The notes under the pieces: model-generated
Databases searched by the model: none
What the model was told of the DNA's origin: nothing
What the model saw: the letters and a program-made list of their open reading frames with translations, nothing else
Position numbers and translations under genes: made by a program
Shown here: positions 18,571 through 27,447 of the stretch, piece after piece
How the letters are laid out: the number at the start of each line of letters is the position of its first letter
Numbering within the stretch: position 1 is the stretch's first letter
From: Gammaproteobacteria bacterium
GTDB taxonomy: Bacteria; Pseudomonadota; Gammaproteobacteria; SURF-13
Reading direction: 5' to 3'
Assembly: GCA_039914705.1 (NCBI GenBank)
Contig: JBDSOT010000143.1
Span: forward strand, 1 to 36,500
Length of the DNA stretch: 36,500 nucleotides

Positions 18571-20064
18571 ATGAAAAAAATTCACGCCGATGGCAATCAA
18601 GTCTCGCCGGACTCTGCAATTGAAATACCTTTCTCCGTAAACTTGCCGGACCCGTCAGCATCTTCCACTCCACTGATTTGTGAAAAATTGCTGCGCCACC
18701 TGCCAGGAAAACGGCTGGCATGCCTGGCACATTGGGATGACAAGGAGGTTTTTGCCAAACTTTTCATCGACCCCCACAATGCAAAACGAGACTGGCAGAG
18801 GGATGCGAAGGGGACGCAGGCCCTCCATGACCATGGAATTATTGCCCCTGCCATACTGTATTCAGGCCCCTTGCGGGCCGCTCACGGAGAGTTTCCCAAG
18901 GAAGCGTATCTTTTGATATTCGAGCGCATCGCCCCTGCGCAAACCTTGCTTGAAGTCTGGAATGAGGGTGGTGAATCTATCCGCCTCGGCTTGTTGAGTT
19001 CATTAGTAAGAATACTCGCCACGCATCATAATGCCGGACTGGTGCACGGTGATTTACACTTTGCGAATTTCATGGCGCAAGGGAACACTATTTTTACGCT
19101 CGACGGCGGGCAAATTGCCATCTTCAGCAGGCCGGTCTCCAAGCCCCGGTCTCTTCGTAATCTTGCCCTTTTGTTTGCTGAGATACCACCTCGGTATGCG
19201 CGCTCTGTCGAAGAGCTGTTTACTGATTATCAGACACTGCGCGGCTGGCCGCACGAACAGGCAGGAATCCGTAAACTGCATCACTACATCCATGCCGCGC
19301 GCGCGCATCGAAAACATAAAATTCTGAGAAAAATTTTCCGTGAATGCAGTGCATTTGTATGCCACAAACAGTTGCGACGCCTAGAAGTTTATGATCGCGA
19401 CTATGACTCGGTGCAACTGCGTCGGCTGCTGGACGACCCCGATAGTTTTTTATCGAGCACCTCGTGTACGCTCATCAAGCGCGGCAATACTGCAACACTG
19501 GGCATCATAGAGATTGATGGCCGCAAATTGGTAATCAAACGCTATAACATCAAAAATTTTTGGCATGCCTGCAAGCGTGCCTTACAATCTACCCGCGCCG
19601 CCATTTGCTGGCGTAACGCCCATCTTCTCGGCCTTTATGAGATCAGTACACCGCAGCCGGTTGCATTGCTTGAGGTGCGTCTGGGTCCGCTGAGAAGCAC
19701 CAGTTACTTTATCAGCCGTTATGTGGAAGGGCCTGATTGCGCACAATATTTTAGCGGTGACGCTGCATTGGCGGATAGTACGGCGGTATTGAAAAATTTC
19801 AGCGAGCTATTCGATAAACTGGCAGAGGCCCGCATAACTCATGGTGATCTAAAGGCTACGAACATTATCATCAGCAACGGGCAGCCCGTGTTGCTCGACC
19901 TCGACGCCGTTTGCCAACACCGCTTCGGGTTCCGTTTTAAAAAGGCATTCGCGCGTGACATGCAGCGCTTCTTGAGAAATTGGAATAAAAGTGCCGTAAC
20001 GCGACGGCGTTTTGAGGCATGCCTGCCCGTATTTGTTTATGGACCTAAAGCACCACCTGGCTGA
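18571..20064 (+). CDS. tandem two-domain LPS kinase-family protein (Kdo/WaaP/InaA-type protein-kinase-like fold, duplicated)
   Basis: 497 aa. Two separate kinase-like catalytic loops, LVHGDLHFANFM (N-terminal half) and ITHGDLKATNIII followed by LLDLDA (C-terminal half). Each is preceded by a lysine-containing beta-strand region (EVFAKLF, KLVIKRY). It lies immediately downstream of waaP. Confidence 0.7.
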   Translation: MKKIHADGNQVSPDSAIEIPFSVNLPDPSASSTPLICEKLLRHLPGKRLACLAHWDDKEVFAKLFIDPHNAKRDWQRDAKGTQALHDHGIIAPAILYSGPLRAAHGEFPKEAYLLIFERIAPAQTLLEVWNEGGESIRLGLLSSLVRILATHHNAGLVHGDLHFANFMAQGNTIFTLDGGQIAIFSRPVSKPRSLRNLALLFAEIPPRYARSVEELFTDYQTLRGWPHEQAGIRKLHHYIHAARAHRKHKILRKIFRECSAFVCHKQLRRLEVYDRDYDSVQLRRLLDDPDSFLSSTSCTLIKRGNTATLGIIEIDGRKLVIKRYNIKNFWHACKRALQSTRAAICWRNAHLLGLYEISTPQPVALLEVRLGPLRSTSYFISRYVEGPDCAQYFSGDAALADSTAVLKNFSELFDKLAEARITHGDLKATNIIISNGQPVLLDLDAVCQHRFGFRFKKAFARDMQRFLRNWNKSAVTRRRFEACLPVFVYGPKAPPG

Positions 20065-20118
20065 CCAGTCAACGCACTAACAACGCACCGCTGTTTCGCG
20101 AACATTGCGTGTCAGCAT

Positions 20119-21687
20119 TTACTGTAATCCAGTACCGATAGTGGGTTGCACCTTGAATATCCAGAGCTTCTCGTCGTAGTTATTTTTGAACACCTTGAGT
20201 TCGCGCTGACTTATTACTTTCCTCAGCTCTGCTGCCAGCACCGCATCATGTTTCTTGACGCGAATTGCCACATAATCGAAGTTCCGCCACGTTCCCGCGC
20301 GCAATCCCTGCACGGTTGCGCCAGACCTGTCATAGTTCACCGGCTGCCATCTGCCTGCGTAATAGGCCACCACCTCATCGTTGGTATAAAGTTTTGCATC
20401 TGCCGGTAACTGCTTGGCAATCCACAACCCGGCTGTCTTCAGATAGTACTTCGACGGACCAAAATTCACCAGGCCATCAACGGCTACGGCAAATATAACA
20501 ACAGCAATCAGCCCGAGCTGCGCCGTTTGCTTAAACTGACTAAGATCACGCGCATGCCATTTCCCGGCTAACCAGGTCAGATGGAAGGGCAGTATCAGCA
20601 TAAGCGTCAACGCCGCTGGCATCGGATAGCGGCCGGTGAGGAAAAACATTTTTACCAAAAATACGCTCAACACAACAAGATTTATAAGCACCAGCCAGAG
20701 AATAATTTTCCGCATGTCGTCGGGCAGGCGCGCGCGGAAACTTCCGCTGACAAAACTATGCAATATTAACAACGCATACACCAGACTGAGCGCACTGATC
20801 AGGCTGGAAAACAGGAGTGTCAACAAGGTTGCGATTACCGCTTGCAAGGCATGGCTGGCAGAGAACTGGTTAAGAATGGCCTGGTTCAAGCGCGCCGCCT
20901 GCTCTTGCAAGTGGCCGCCCAAGCCTTGCCATACATAGCTCAACCAGCTAAGCGGCTCGCCCAGCCGACCGACATTATGCAGCGCGGCAACCGGATCAAT
21001 GGCCCACCAGACTGCCAGTAAAAATAAACCGGCGAGGCCCACCACATAAGCGCCGGCCAACGCGCGCAGACGCTGAGATAAAATCATATCGTGTTTGAGC
21101 AGCAGGGTAAGCGGCAGCAAACACAGGAAGACCATACCTTCTATGCGAAATAATAAAGCGATGACAATCGAAATGCCCCAGGCCCAGGCATAACATAACC
21201 GAGGCATCTTGAAGTATTTTATGAACAACCATAGCGCGAGCAGATAAAATGCCCAGTAGCCATTGTCACGGAAGATGTCCGCACGATGTTCATTTAATTG
21301 GGGTTGCAGCAGAATAACGAGTGCGGCGGCAATCAGCGTTCGGCGGCCACCTCCCATTTCGCCGACAACACCGATAAAGGCATACACTATCAGCGCGAAT
21401 AGTAGGGCATTAAGCCCTTGGGCCGAGGCCTCTATGCCAAGTCCGCTCAGGTGACTGATTGATGCGATCAGAGCCGAATAAAACGGCCACTCATATAAGG
21501 CCCGCGCCGCCGGCCAGTTGCCTTGCTCCAGCTGGGCAGCGGTCTCTAAATAGAGAATGCCGTCACGATTGACGATGCCATCGCTGTACACTGCCCATGC
21601 GGACAGGGCGAAGCTGATTAATATCGCAACGAGGTGAATTTGCTTGCCACGCAATATCGTTAAAGGCATGTGATTGAGGGTGTCCAC
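20119..21687 (-). CDS. GT-C fold membrane glycosyltransferase (ArnT/PMT-like, GT39/GT83-type)
   Basis: 522 aa with many TM helices. The first periplasmic loop NRDGILYLETAAQLEQGNW resembles the DE-x-RYAEIAREM loop of ArnT-type enzymes. There is a C-terminal soluble domain of about 130 aa. The start is ambiguous (GTG 21687 or ATG 21669). Family assignment is by eye only. Confidence 0.55.
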   Translation of the reverse strand: MDTLNHMPLTILRGKQIHLVAILISFALSAWAVYSDGIVNRDGILYLETAAQLEQGNWPAARALYEWPFYSALIASISHLSGLGIEASAQGLNALLFALIVYAFIGVVGEMGGGRRTLIAAALVILLQPQLNEHRADIFRDNGYWAFYLLALWLFIKYFKMPRLCYAWAWGISIVIALLFRIEGMVFLCLLPLTLLLKHDMILSQRLRALAGAYVVGLAGLFLLAVWWAIDPVAALHNVGRLGEPLSWLSYVWQGLGGHLQEQAARLNQAILNQFSASHALQAVIATLLTLLFSSLISALSLVYALLILHSFVSGSFRARLPDDMRKIILWLVLINLVVLSVFLVKMFFLTGRYPMPAALTLMLILPFHLTWLAGKWHARDLSQFKQTAQLGLIAVVIFAVAVDGLVNFGPSKYYLKTAGLWIAKQLPADAKLYTNDEVVAYYAGRWQPVNYDRSGATVQGLRAGTWRNFDYVAIRVKKHDAVLAAELRKVISQRELKVFKNNYDEKLWIFKVQPTIGTGLQ

Positions 21688-21878
21688 AGCATGGAGTGCT
21701 TATGCATTAGTATAATAATAAGCTAGTCTAATGTTTTAGCGGTCTCATCGCCACGCCTGCGCTGATCACCAAATGCATAATTGTAAGAGGCGGCTGAACC
21801 CTGAATAATAAGCACGGGCGGCTGGCCGGACTGAAGTGGCCGTGTGCCTTTACCCTGACGACATATCGAGAATCCATT

Positions 21879-23432
21879 TTGACCCCTGGTTCCAAGGCCG
21901 TACTGATTCTGCTCGTTCTCATAATTCAGGCTTTTTACTGGGCACCCAGCGCCAAGCCTATCGACAAGGTTCAAGAGATTCGTATCGCCGAAACGGCGCG
22001 CGAGATGGCCGCGAGCGATAACTGGATAGTGCCTTATTACAATGGCGAATTGCGCCTGCAAAAGCCACCTCTGCCCTACTGGCTGACGGCGGCAAGTTAC
22101 AAAATATTCGGTACCGTGAATGAATTCAGTGCACGATTTGCATCTGCCACGTTTGCCGCGCTCACGGTCTTTTTGTTGTGGTGGTGGATTAACAGGGCAC
22201 TGGGTCTAAGCAGCGCCGTTTCCACCTCCATAGGTTTTATCTCCAGTTATATCGCATTGCGCTATTTTCGCAGCGGCGAGGCCGACGCCATTTTGCTGTT
22301 CTTTGTCACCGCGGCCTGCATCATTGTTTATGATCTTCTATTCATGAAGGCCACCTTAAAACGCGTACTGCTACTGCACCTGTGCATGGGGCTTGGATTC
22401 TTGGCCAAGGGACCGGCGGCAATTGCGATTCCGCTGGTTACGCTGCTCTGGTTTGCGCTCAAAAACCGCCAATTCGATGTTCTGAAAAAATGCCTGCACC
22501 CGGCGGGCCTTCTGATCCTTTTGGTGACGGGCTTTGGTTGGTACGGTCTCATTTTTTATACGATGCCGGAACAGGCTAATTTATTTGTAAGCGGGCAAAT
22601 TGACTCCACCTTTATCACTGGAAATCACCCCAATCCATTTTATTGGTATATACCGCATCTTTTCGAGTTCTTTGCCCCTTGGTCGGTGTTTATTATCCCT
22701 GCGGCAATCTGGCTGTATAAGACGCCCTCGCATCCGCCGGCTGTTAATTACGCCGCAGCCTGGTTTATCGCGACCTTCATCATGCTCTCGCTCAATGTGA
22801 ACAAACAGGTGCAATACGGTCTGCTGCTGGCCCCTCCGTTGATGATTTTACTGGGACATTATCTGGCGAGCGCGGCAGCCGGTTATGCGCGGATCAACAA
22901 AATTATTTTAATCTCGCTTATCACGGTAACCGCACTCGCATTGGTAGTTATTTTCTTCAAGTGGGAAGGCATACAGGATTTTCCTGCGGGAAAAATGCTC
23001 TTACTATTAACCGGGTGCCTGTTGCCGTTTGCCGTTGCTAAATTGCTGCGTTACAACGAACCCACGCGTTACCGCGAATTGCTGCTGGCCGGCATCATGG
23101 TGTCAGGCTGGATCTACGGTCAGTTTCATCTTTATCATGCTCCCGGCGGAAAGGGCGATCTAAAACAATTCGCGCTCGCTGCCAAGGATTATTCGCCGCT
23201 TTTTATTTATACTGAGGCGGACCCACGGCTTTCTTTTTACATAGAGCGTGTGATTCCCGTTATGAAAGATGAGCAGGATATGCTGCCGATACTCGATAAA
23301 TTTGATACGCTTTATCTCATCACAGAAGGCGAGCGTTTTAATCCTGCCGGCAAAATCTTCATAACAAAAATTATCGGCAACGAAAAATTCAGTTTGTGGA
23401 AATTGACGCAAAAAAATCTCAGCGAAAACTGA
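21879..23432 (+). CDS. ArnT-like undecaprenyl-phosphate-sugar dependent glycosyltransferase (GT39/GT83)
   Basis: 517 aa with a TTG start. The N-terminal TM is followed by EIRIAETAREMAASDNWIVPYYNGELRLQKPPLPYWL, the signature first loop of ArnT/PMT_2 proteins. About 12 hydrophobic segments and a C-terminal soluble domain. Confidence 0.75.
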   Translation: MTPGSKAVLILLVLIIQAFYWAPSAKPIDKVQEIRIAETAREMAASDNWIVPYYNGELRLQKPPLPYWLTAASYKIFGTVNEFSARFASATFAALTVFLLWWWINRALGLSSAVSTSIGFISSYIALRYFRSGEADAILLFFVTAACIIVYDLLFMKATLKRVLLLHLCMGLGFLAKGPAAIAIPLVTLLWFALKNRQFDVLKKCLHPAGLLILLVTGFGWYGLIFYTMPEQANLFVSGQIDSTFITGNHPNPFYWYIPHLFEFFAPWSVFIIPAAIWLYKTPSHPPAVNYAAAWFIATFIMLSLNVNKQVQYGLLLAPPLMILLGHYLASAAAGYARINKIILISLITVTALALVVIFFKWEGIQDFPAGKMLLLLTGCLLPFAVAKLLRYNEPTRYRELLLAGIMVSGWIYGQFHLYHAPGGKGDLKQFALAAKDYSPLFIYTEADPRLSFYIERVIPVMKDEQDMLPILDKFDTLYLITEGERFNPAGKIFITKIIGNEKFSLWKLTQKNLSEN

Positions 23433-23482
23433 AATAACAAGCCGTCTGTAACGAATTACTCAATCTGGCGTCAGCATTTATT

Positions 23483-25207
23483 ATGATTATTTTAGGATTA
23501 TCAGGCGTCGTTTATCACGACGCGTCAGCGGCCTTGCTGATCGACGGCAAACTCATAGCAGCGGCCGAGGAAGAACGTTTTATCCGGCAAAAGCATGCCA
23601 AGGGTCGCTTCGCCTTCGAGGCATCGAAGTTTTGCATGGCGCAGGCCGGCATCAAGCCGTCGGACATTGATGTCGTCGCCATCCCCTTCGCCAGGATCAG
23701 TCTGTCGAGTCCGGCACGCTGGCATTATGCGCGGCGTTACTGGTATGCGCCGGAACGCGCGCTCGATGTTCTGTTCAACGGCAATCGCCGCTATCGCCGC
23801 AACGTCGTGCGCATCATGGCCTTGCTCGATGATTTAGGCATTGACCGCAACCGCATCCGCTTCATGCCGGTTGAACACCACCTTGCCCATGCCAGCAGCG
23901 CCTATCATCTGAGCGGTTTCCAGGAGAAGACCGCGATCATCGGCATGGACGGCAAGGGCGAATACGCGACGACCTTTTTTGGTTACGGCGAGAACGGCAA
24001 AATCCACAAGATCAAGGAATTCTACGACCCCGATTCGCTCGGCGGATTTTACGGCGCGATGACGGAATTCCTCGGATTTGAAATGCTCGACGGCGAGTTT
24101 AAGGTGATGGGCATGGCCCCTTACGGGAATCCGCGCAAGCATGATCTATCGCGCCTGATCCGCTACGATGAAAAAAGTTTCGAGATCAATAATCGGCTGG
24201 TAAATGTCGTCGGGCTGCGGCGTTACAAGGAAAACGGCAAGGGCTATTTTTTCAGTCCTGAATTGCTGAAATGGCTGGGGCCGAAGCGCCAGGGCGATGA
24301 GATAGATGATCCGTATATCGATTATGCCGCCAGTGTGCAGGCGTTGCTGGAGGATGTCGCGCTCAAGCTGATCGATCACTACCTCGGCGACATCATCCGT
24401 GAAACCGGCAAGGTGTGTTTTGCCGGAGGCGTGGCGCTGAACGTCAAGCTCAACCAACGCATTTTAGCCTTGCCGCATGTGAAAGAATTATTCGTGCAGC
24501 CGGCCGCCGACGATGCGGGCACGGCCATCGGCGCCGCAACTTATGCGGCGATTGAATTGGGCGACAGGGTCGAGAAAATGGAGCATGTATATTTAGGGCC
24601 AGCGTACAGCACGCAAGAATGTATTGAAGCGTGCCAGGCCCATGCAGCTAAACCGCGCTGGGAGTTATTGGAAAATCCTTCGATCAAAGCCGCCGAGATC
24701 CTCGCCGACGGTCATCCGCTGGCCTGGTTTCAGGGGCGCATGGAATTCGGCCCGCGCGCCTTGGGTAATCGCAGTATTCTCGGCGACCCGAGTTTCCCCG
24801 GCATCGCGGATCGCATCAACGCACAGATTAAATATCGCGAGCGCTGGCGGCCGTTTTGCCCAAGTATGCTCGACCGTGTAGCGTCCGATGTGCTGCAAAC
24901 CGCGCATCCATCGCCGTACATGACCTTCACCTTTGATGTGGCCGAACACTGGAAGGCGCGCATCCCGGAGGTCGTGCACAAGGACGGCACAGCGCGTGCG
25001 CAGGTAGTCAGCAAAGATACTAACCCGCGCTATTATAAGTTGATCGAAGAACTCGAAAAGCGCCGCGGTATTGGCGTGGTATTGAATACTTCGATGAACC
25101 GTCGCGGCGAACCGATGGCCTGCTCGCCGACCGATGCATTAAATGTATTTTTCGGCTCAGACCTCGAATATCTGATTATGGAGGATATGCTGATTACAAA
25201 GTCGTAG
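23483..25207 (+). CDS. NodU/CmcH-family carbamoyltransferase
   Basis: 574 aa. MIILGLSGVVYHDASAALLIDGKLIAAAEEERF, EHHLAHASSAY, GGVALNVKLN, RMEFGPRALGNRSILGDP and HKDGTARAQ are typical of the family. Confidence 0.9.
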   Translation: MIILGLSGVVYHDASAALLIDGKLIAAAEEERFIRQKHAKGRFAFEASKFCMAQAGIKPSDIDVVAIPFARISLSSPARWHYARRYWYAPERALDVLFNGNRRYRRNVVRIMALLDDLGIDRNRIRFMPVEHHLAHASSAYHLSGFQEKTAIIGMDGKGEYATTFFGYGENGKIHKIKEFYDPDSLGGFYGAMTEFLGFEMLDGEFKVMGMAPYGNPRKHDLSRLIRYDEKSFEINNRLVNVVGLRRYKENGKGYFFSPELLKWLGPKRQGDEIDDPYIDYAASVQALLEDVALKLIDHYLGDIIRETGKVCFAGGVALNVKLNQRILALPHVKELFVQPAADDAGTAIGAATYAAIELGDRVEKMEHVYLGPAYSTQECIEACQAHAAKPRWELLENPSIKAAEILADGHPLAWFQGRMEFGPRALGNRSILGDPSFPGIADRINAQIKYRERWRPFCPSMLDRVASDVLQTAHPSPYMTFTFDVAEHWKARIPEVVHKDGTARAQVVSKDTNPRYYKLIEELEKRRGIGVVLNTSMNRRGEPMACSPTDALNVFFGSDLEYLIMEDMLITKS

Positions 25208-25235
25208 CTGCAAATACACGGTCACCTACATCCGA

Positions 25236-26189
25236 TCAACGGACCCTGGGCCGTTTGCGCCTACGGTATTCGGCATAAGGCCCGGGCGAACCATCCGGGC
25301 GACTCTTGAAGCGCCGGTGCACCCACAGATAATGCTCCGGATAACGCCGGACTTCAGCCTCAATAATCTGATTGATACGCCGGGTGTCTGTCTCAATATT
25401 CTTGCTGGGAAAATTCTCCAGCGCCGGATGTAATACCAAGCGATAGCCGCTACCGTCCTCCATGCGTTGCGAGAAAAACGGCACAACTGCGGCCTTGCTC
25501 AATTTGGCAAGCCGTGAGGTAGCCGTAAGCGAGGCCGCTGGCTGGCCGAAGAAAGGCACGAAGATACTGTGCTTGCGGCCGAAGTCCTGATCGGGGGCGA
25601 ACCACACCGGCAGATTGTCCTTCAAGGCACGCAGCATCGCCTTCATGTCTCGCGCCGGTATAGCACGGCGCGCATAACCGGCACGCGCGCGTTGCGTCAA
25701 TGCCTCGAATAAAGGATTTCGATGAGTGCGGTAAACCGCGCAGATAGGCACGTTCAGGGCCAGCAGCGTCGTACCGATTTCCAGCGCCGTGAAATGTGCG
25801 CTGAGTAAAATTACCCCATTGCCCTGCCGCAATGCCGCCTGCAGATGTTCGCGGCCTTCCAGATGCCCTAAGGAAAATAATTTCTCATGCGATGCCCACC
25901 AGCATAGCGCAGTCTCGACTGCACCCATGCCCAGCGAGGTAAAATGTTTGCGTAATAAGTATCGGCGCTCGCTACCACTAAGTTCCGGAAAACAAAGTGA
26001 CAGATTAACTTGGGCAATATCACGACGTCGCTTGAAGGCCATCATCATGACTTTACCAATTACGCGCCCAACCCTCATGGCCCACGGATAAGGTAATGCA
26101 GCAAGCAGACGCATCAAGCCGAACAATATCCAGATCGGCCAGTAACGAGGCTTGAGAAAAGATTTAATCGGGAGAGTTTGAACAGCCAA
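25236..26189 (-). CDS. lpxL: lipid A biosynthesis lauroyl/myristoyl (Kdo2-lipid IVA) acyltransferase
   Basis: 317 aa with a TTG start. FLKPRYWPIWILFGLMRLLAALPYP, NLSLCFPE, HFTALE (HX4E-type acyltransferase motif), PDQDFG and YLWVHRRFKSRP parallel E. coli LpxL/HtrB. Confidence 0.85.
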   Translation of the reverse strand: MAVQTLPIKSFLKPRYWPIWILFGLMRLLAALPYPWAMRVGRVIGKVMMMAFKRRRDIAQVNLSLCFPELSGSERRYLLRKHFTSLGMGAVETALCWWASHEKLFSLGHLEGREHLQAALRQGNGVILLSAHFTALEIGTTLLALNVPICAVYRTHRNPLFEALTQRARAGYARRAIPARDMKAMLRALKDNLPVWFAPDQDFGRKHSIFVPFFGQPAASLTATSRLAKLSKAAVVPFFSQRMEDGSGYRLVLHPALENFPSKNIETDTRRINQIIEAEVRRYPEHYLWVHRRFKSRPDGSPGPYAEYRRRKRPRVR

Positions 26190-26240
26190 CAGAATAGCGT
26201 ACGTTATGCGTACGAAGTTTTTATGTGCACGGGGCGCACG

Positions 26241-26462
26241 TTACTTAGCGCCGCTAAGAACATATACCGCCCCGCAATACGGGCACTTTGATCGGCCCGT
26301 CGCCTCCACCGGCAAATACACGCGCGGATGCGAGTTCCACAACGTCATGCTGTCCATTGGGCAATGCAGCGGCAAATCGGCGCGCGTAACCTCGTAAAGA
26401 TTAGCGGCGTTCGCCTCAATATACTGAGAAGGAATAGTGTGCGTATGATTTTCGGTGGTCAC
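26241..26462 (-). CDS. zinc-finger domain protein (zf-CHCC type)
   Basis: 73 aa with a GTG start. LHCPMD...HPRVYL...KCPYCGAVYVL matches the C-x(n)-H ... C-x2-C arrangement of the small zf-CHCC family. It lies directly downstream of ilvE. Confidence 0.7.
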   Translation of the reverse strand: MTTENHTHTIPSQYIEANAANLYEVTRADLPLHCPMDSMTLWNSHPRVYLPVEATGRSKCPYCGAVYVLSGAK

Positions 26463-26480
26463 AGCAGTCTTCTCAGCGAA

Positions 26481-27401
26481 TTAAACCAGAGTCAGCCATT
26501 CAGGAAATTGTTTGCGGCGTCCGTTTACCTGATCGAAAAACATAGATTGCAAACGCTCAGTAATCGCGCCGCGTCCACCGTTACCGATCCTGCGTCCATC
26601 GAGTTCGCGAATAGGTGTCACCTCGGCCGCCGTGCCGGTGAAGAAGGCCTCGTCTGCGATGTAAACCTCGTCGCGCGTGATACGCTTTTCGCGTACCGGC
26701 AGATTAATCTCGGCGGCCAGCTTGAAGATGGTGTCGCGCGTGATACCGTCCAGCGCCGAGGTAAGCTCGGGCGTGTACAGTACGCCGTCACGCACAATAA
26801 ATATATTCTCGCCGCTGCCTTCCGCAACATAGCCGTCGACGTCCAGCAATAGCGCCTCGTCAAATCCGCAGGCCAGGGCCTCGCGCAGCGCCATCATCGA
26901 GTTCATGTAGTTGCCGTTCGCCTTCGCCTTGCACATGGTGATATTGACGTGGTGGCGCGTGAAGGATGAGGTCTTGATGCGGATACCTTTTTCGATACCT
27001 TCGGCGCCCAAATAGGAACCCCACGACCACGCGGCCACAATTGCATGCACCTTTAGATTATCGGCGCGCAGACCCATGCCCTCCGAGCCATAAAAACACA
27101 TGGGTCGTATATAGGCCGATTCCAATTTATTCTCACGCACGGCGGCGCGGCAGGCCTCAAATAAATCCTGTTTTTCAAAAGGCATGAGCATGCCCAGGAT
27201 ATGGGCAGAACGGAATAGGCGGTCCACATGCGCCTGCAAACGGAAGATCGCCGTACCCTTTTCCGTTTTATAGGCACGTATGCCCTCGAACACGCCCATA
27301 CCGTAGTGCAAGGTGTGGGTCAGCACGTGTACCTTGGCGTCACGCCAGGGTACCAGTTGCCCATCGAACCAGATGACGCCATCGCGATCATCCATTGTCA
27401 T
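26481..27401 (-). CDS. ilvE: branched-chain amino acid aminotransferase
   Basis: Nearly colinear with Pseudomonas IlvE as recalled (MTMDDRDGVIWFDGQLVPWRDAKVHVLTHTLHYGMGVFEG..., EGSGENIF, ITRDEVYIADEAFFTGTAAEVTPIRELDGR). The ATG at 27401 lies 6 nt after GGAGA. The ORF-track start at 27446 is rejected. Confidence 0.95.
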   Translation of the reverse strand: MTMDDRDGVIWFDGQLVPWRDAKVHVLTHTLHYGMGVFEGIRAYKTEKGTAIFRLQAHVDRLFRSAHILGMLMPFEKQDLFEACRAAVRENKLESAYIRPMCFYGSEGMGLRADNLKVHAIVAAWSWGSYLGAEGIEKGIRIKTSSFTRHHVNITMCKAKANGNYMNSMMALREALACGFDEALLLDVDGYVAEGSGENIFIVRDGVLYTPELTSALDGITRDTIFKLAAEINLPVREKRITRDEVYIADEAFFTGTAAEVTPIRELDGRRIGNGGRGAITERLQSMFFDQVNGRRKQFPEWLTLV

Positions 27402-27447
27402 GCACATTCTCCTATCTAGCACGATTAATATGTGCGCACAGCGCACG

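Noticed and set aside
21723-22061. 112-aa minus-strand ORF in the divergent GT-C intergenic region
   Set aside because: It overlaps the N-terminal coding region of the ArnT-like gene, whose signature loop is encoded there, and it has no recognisable features.
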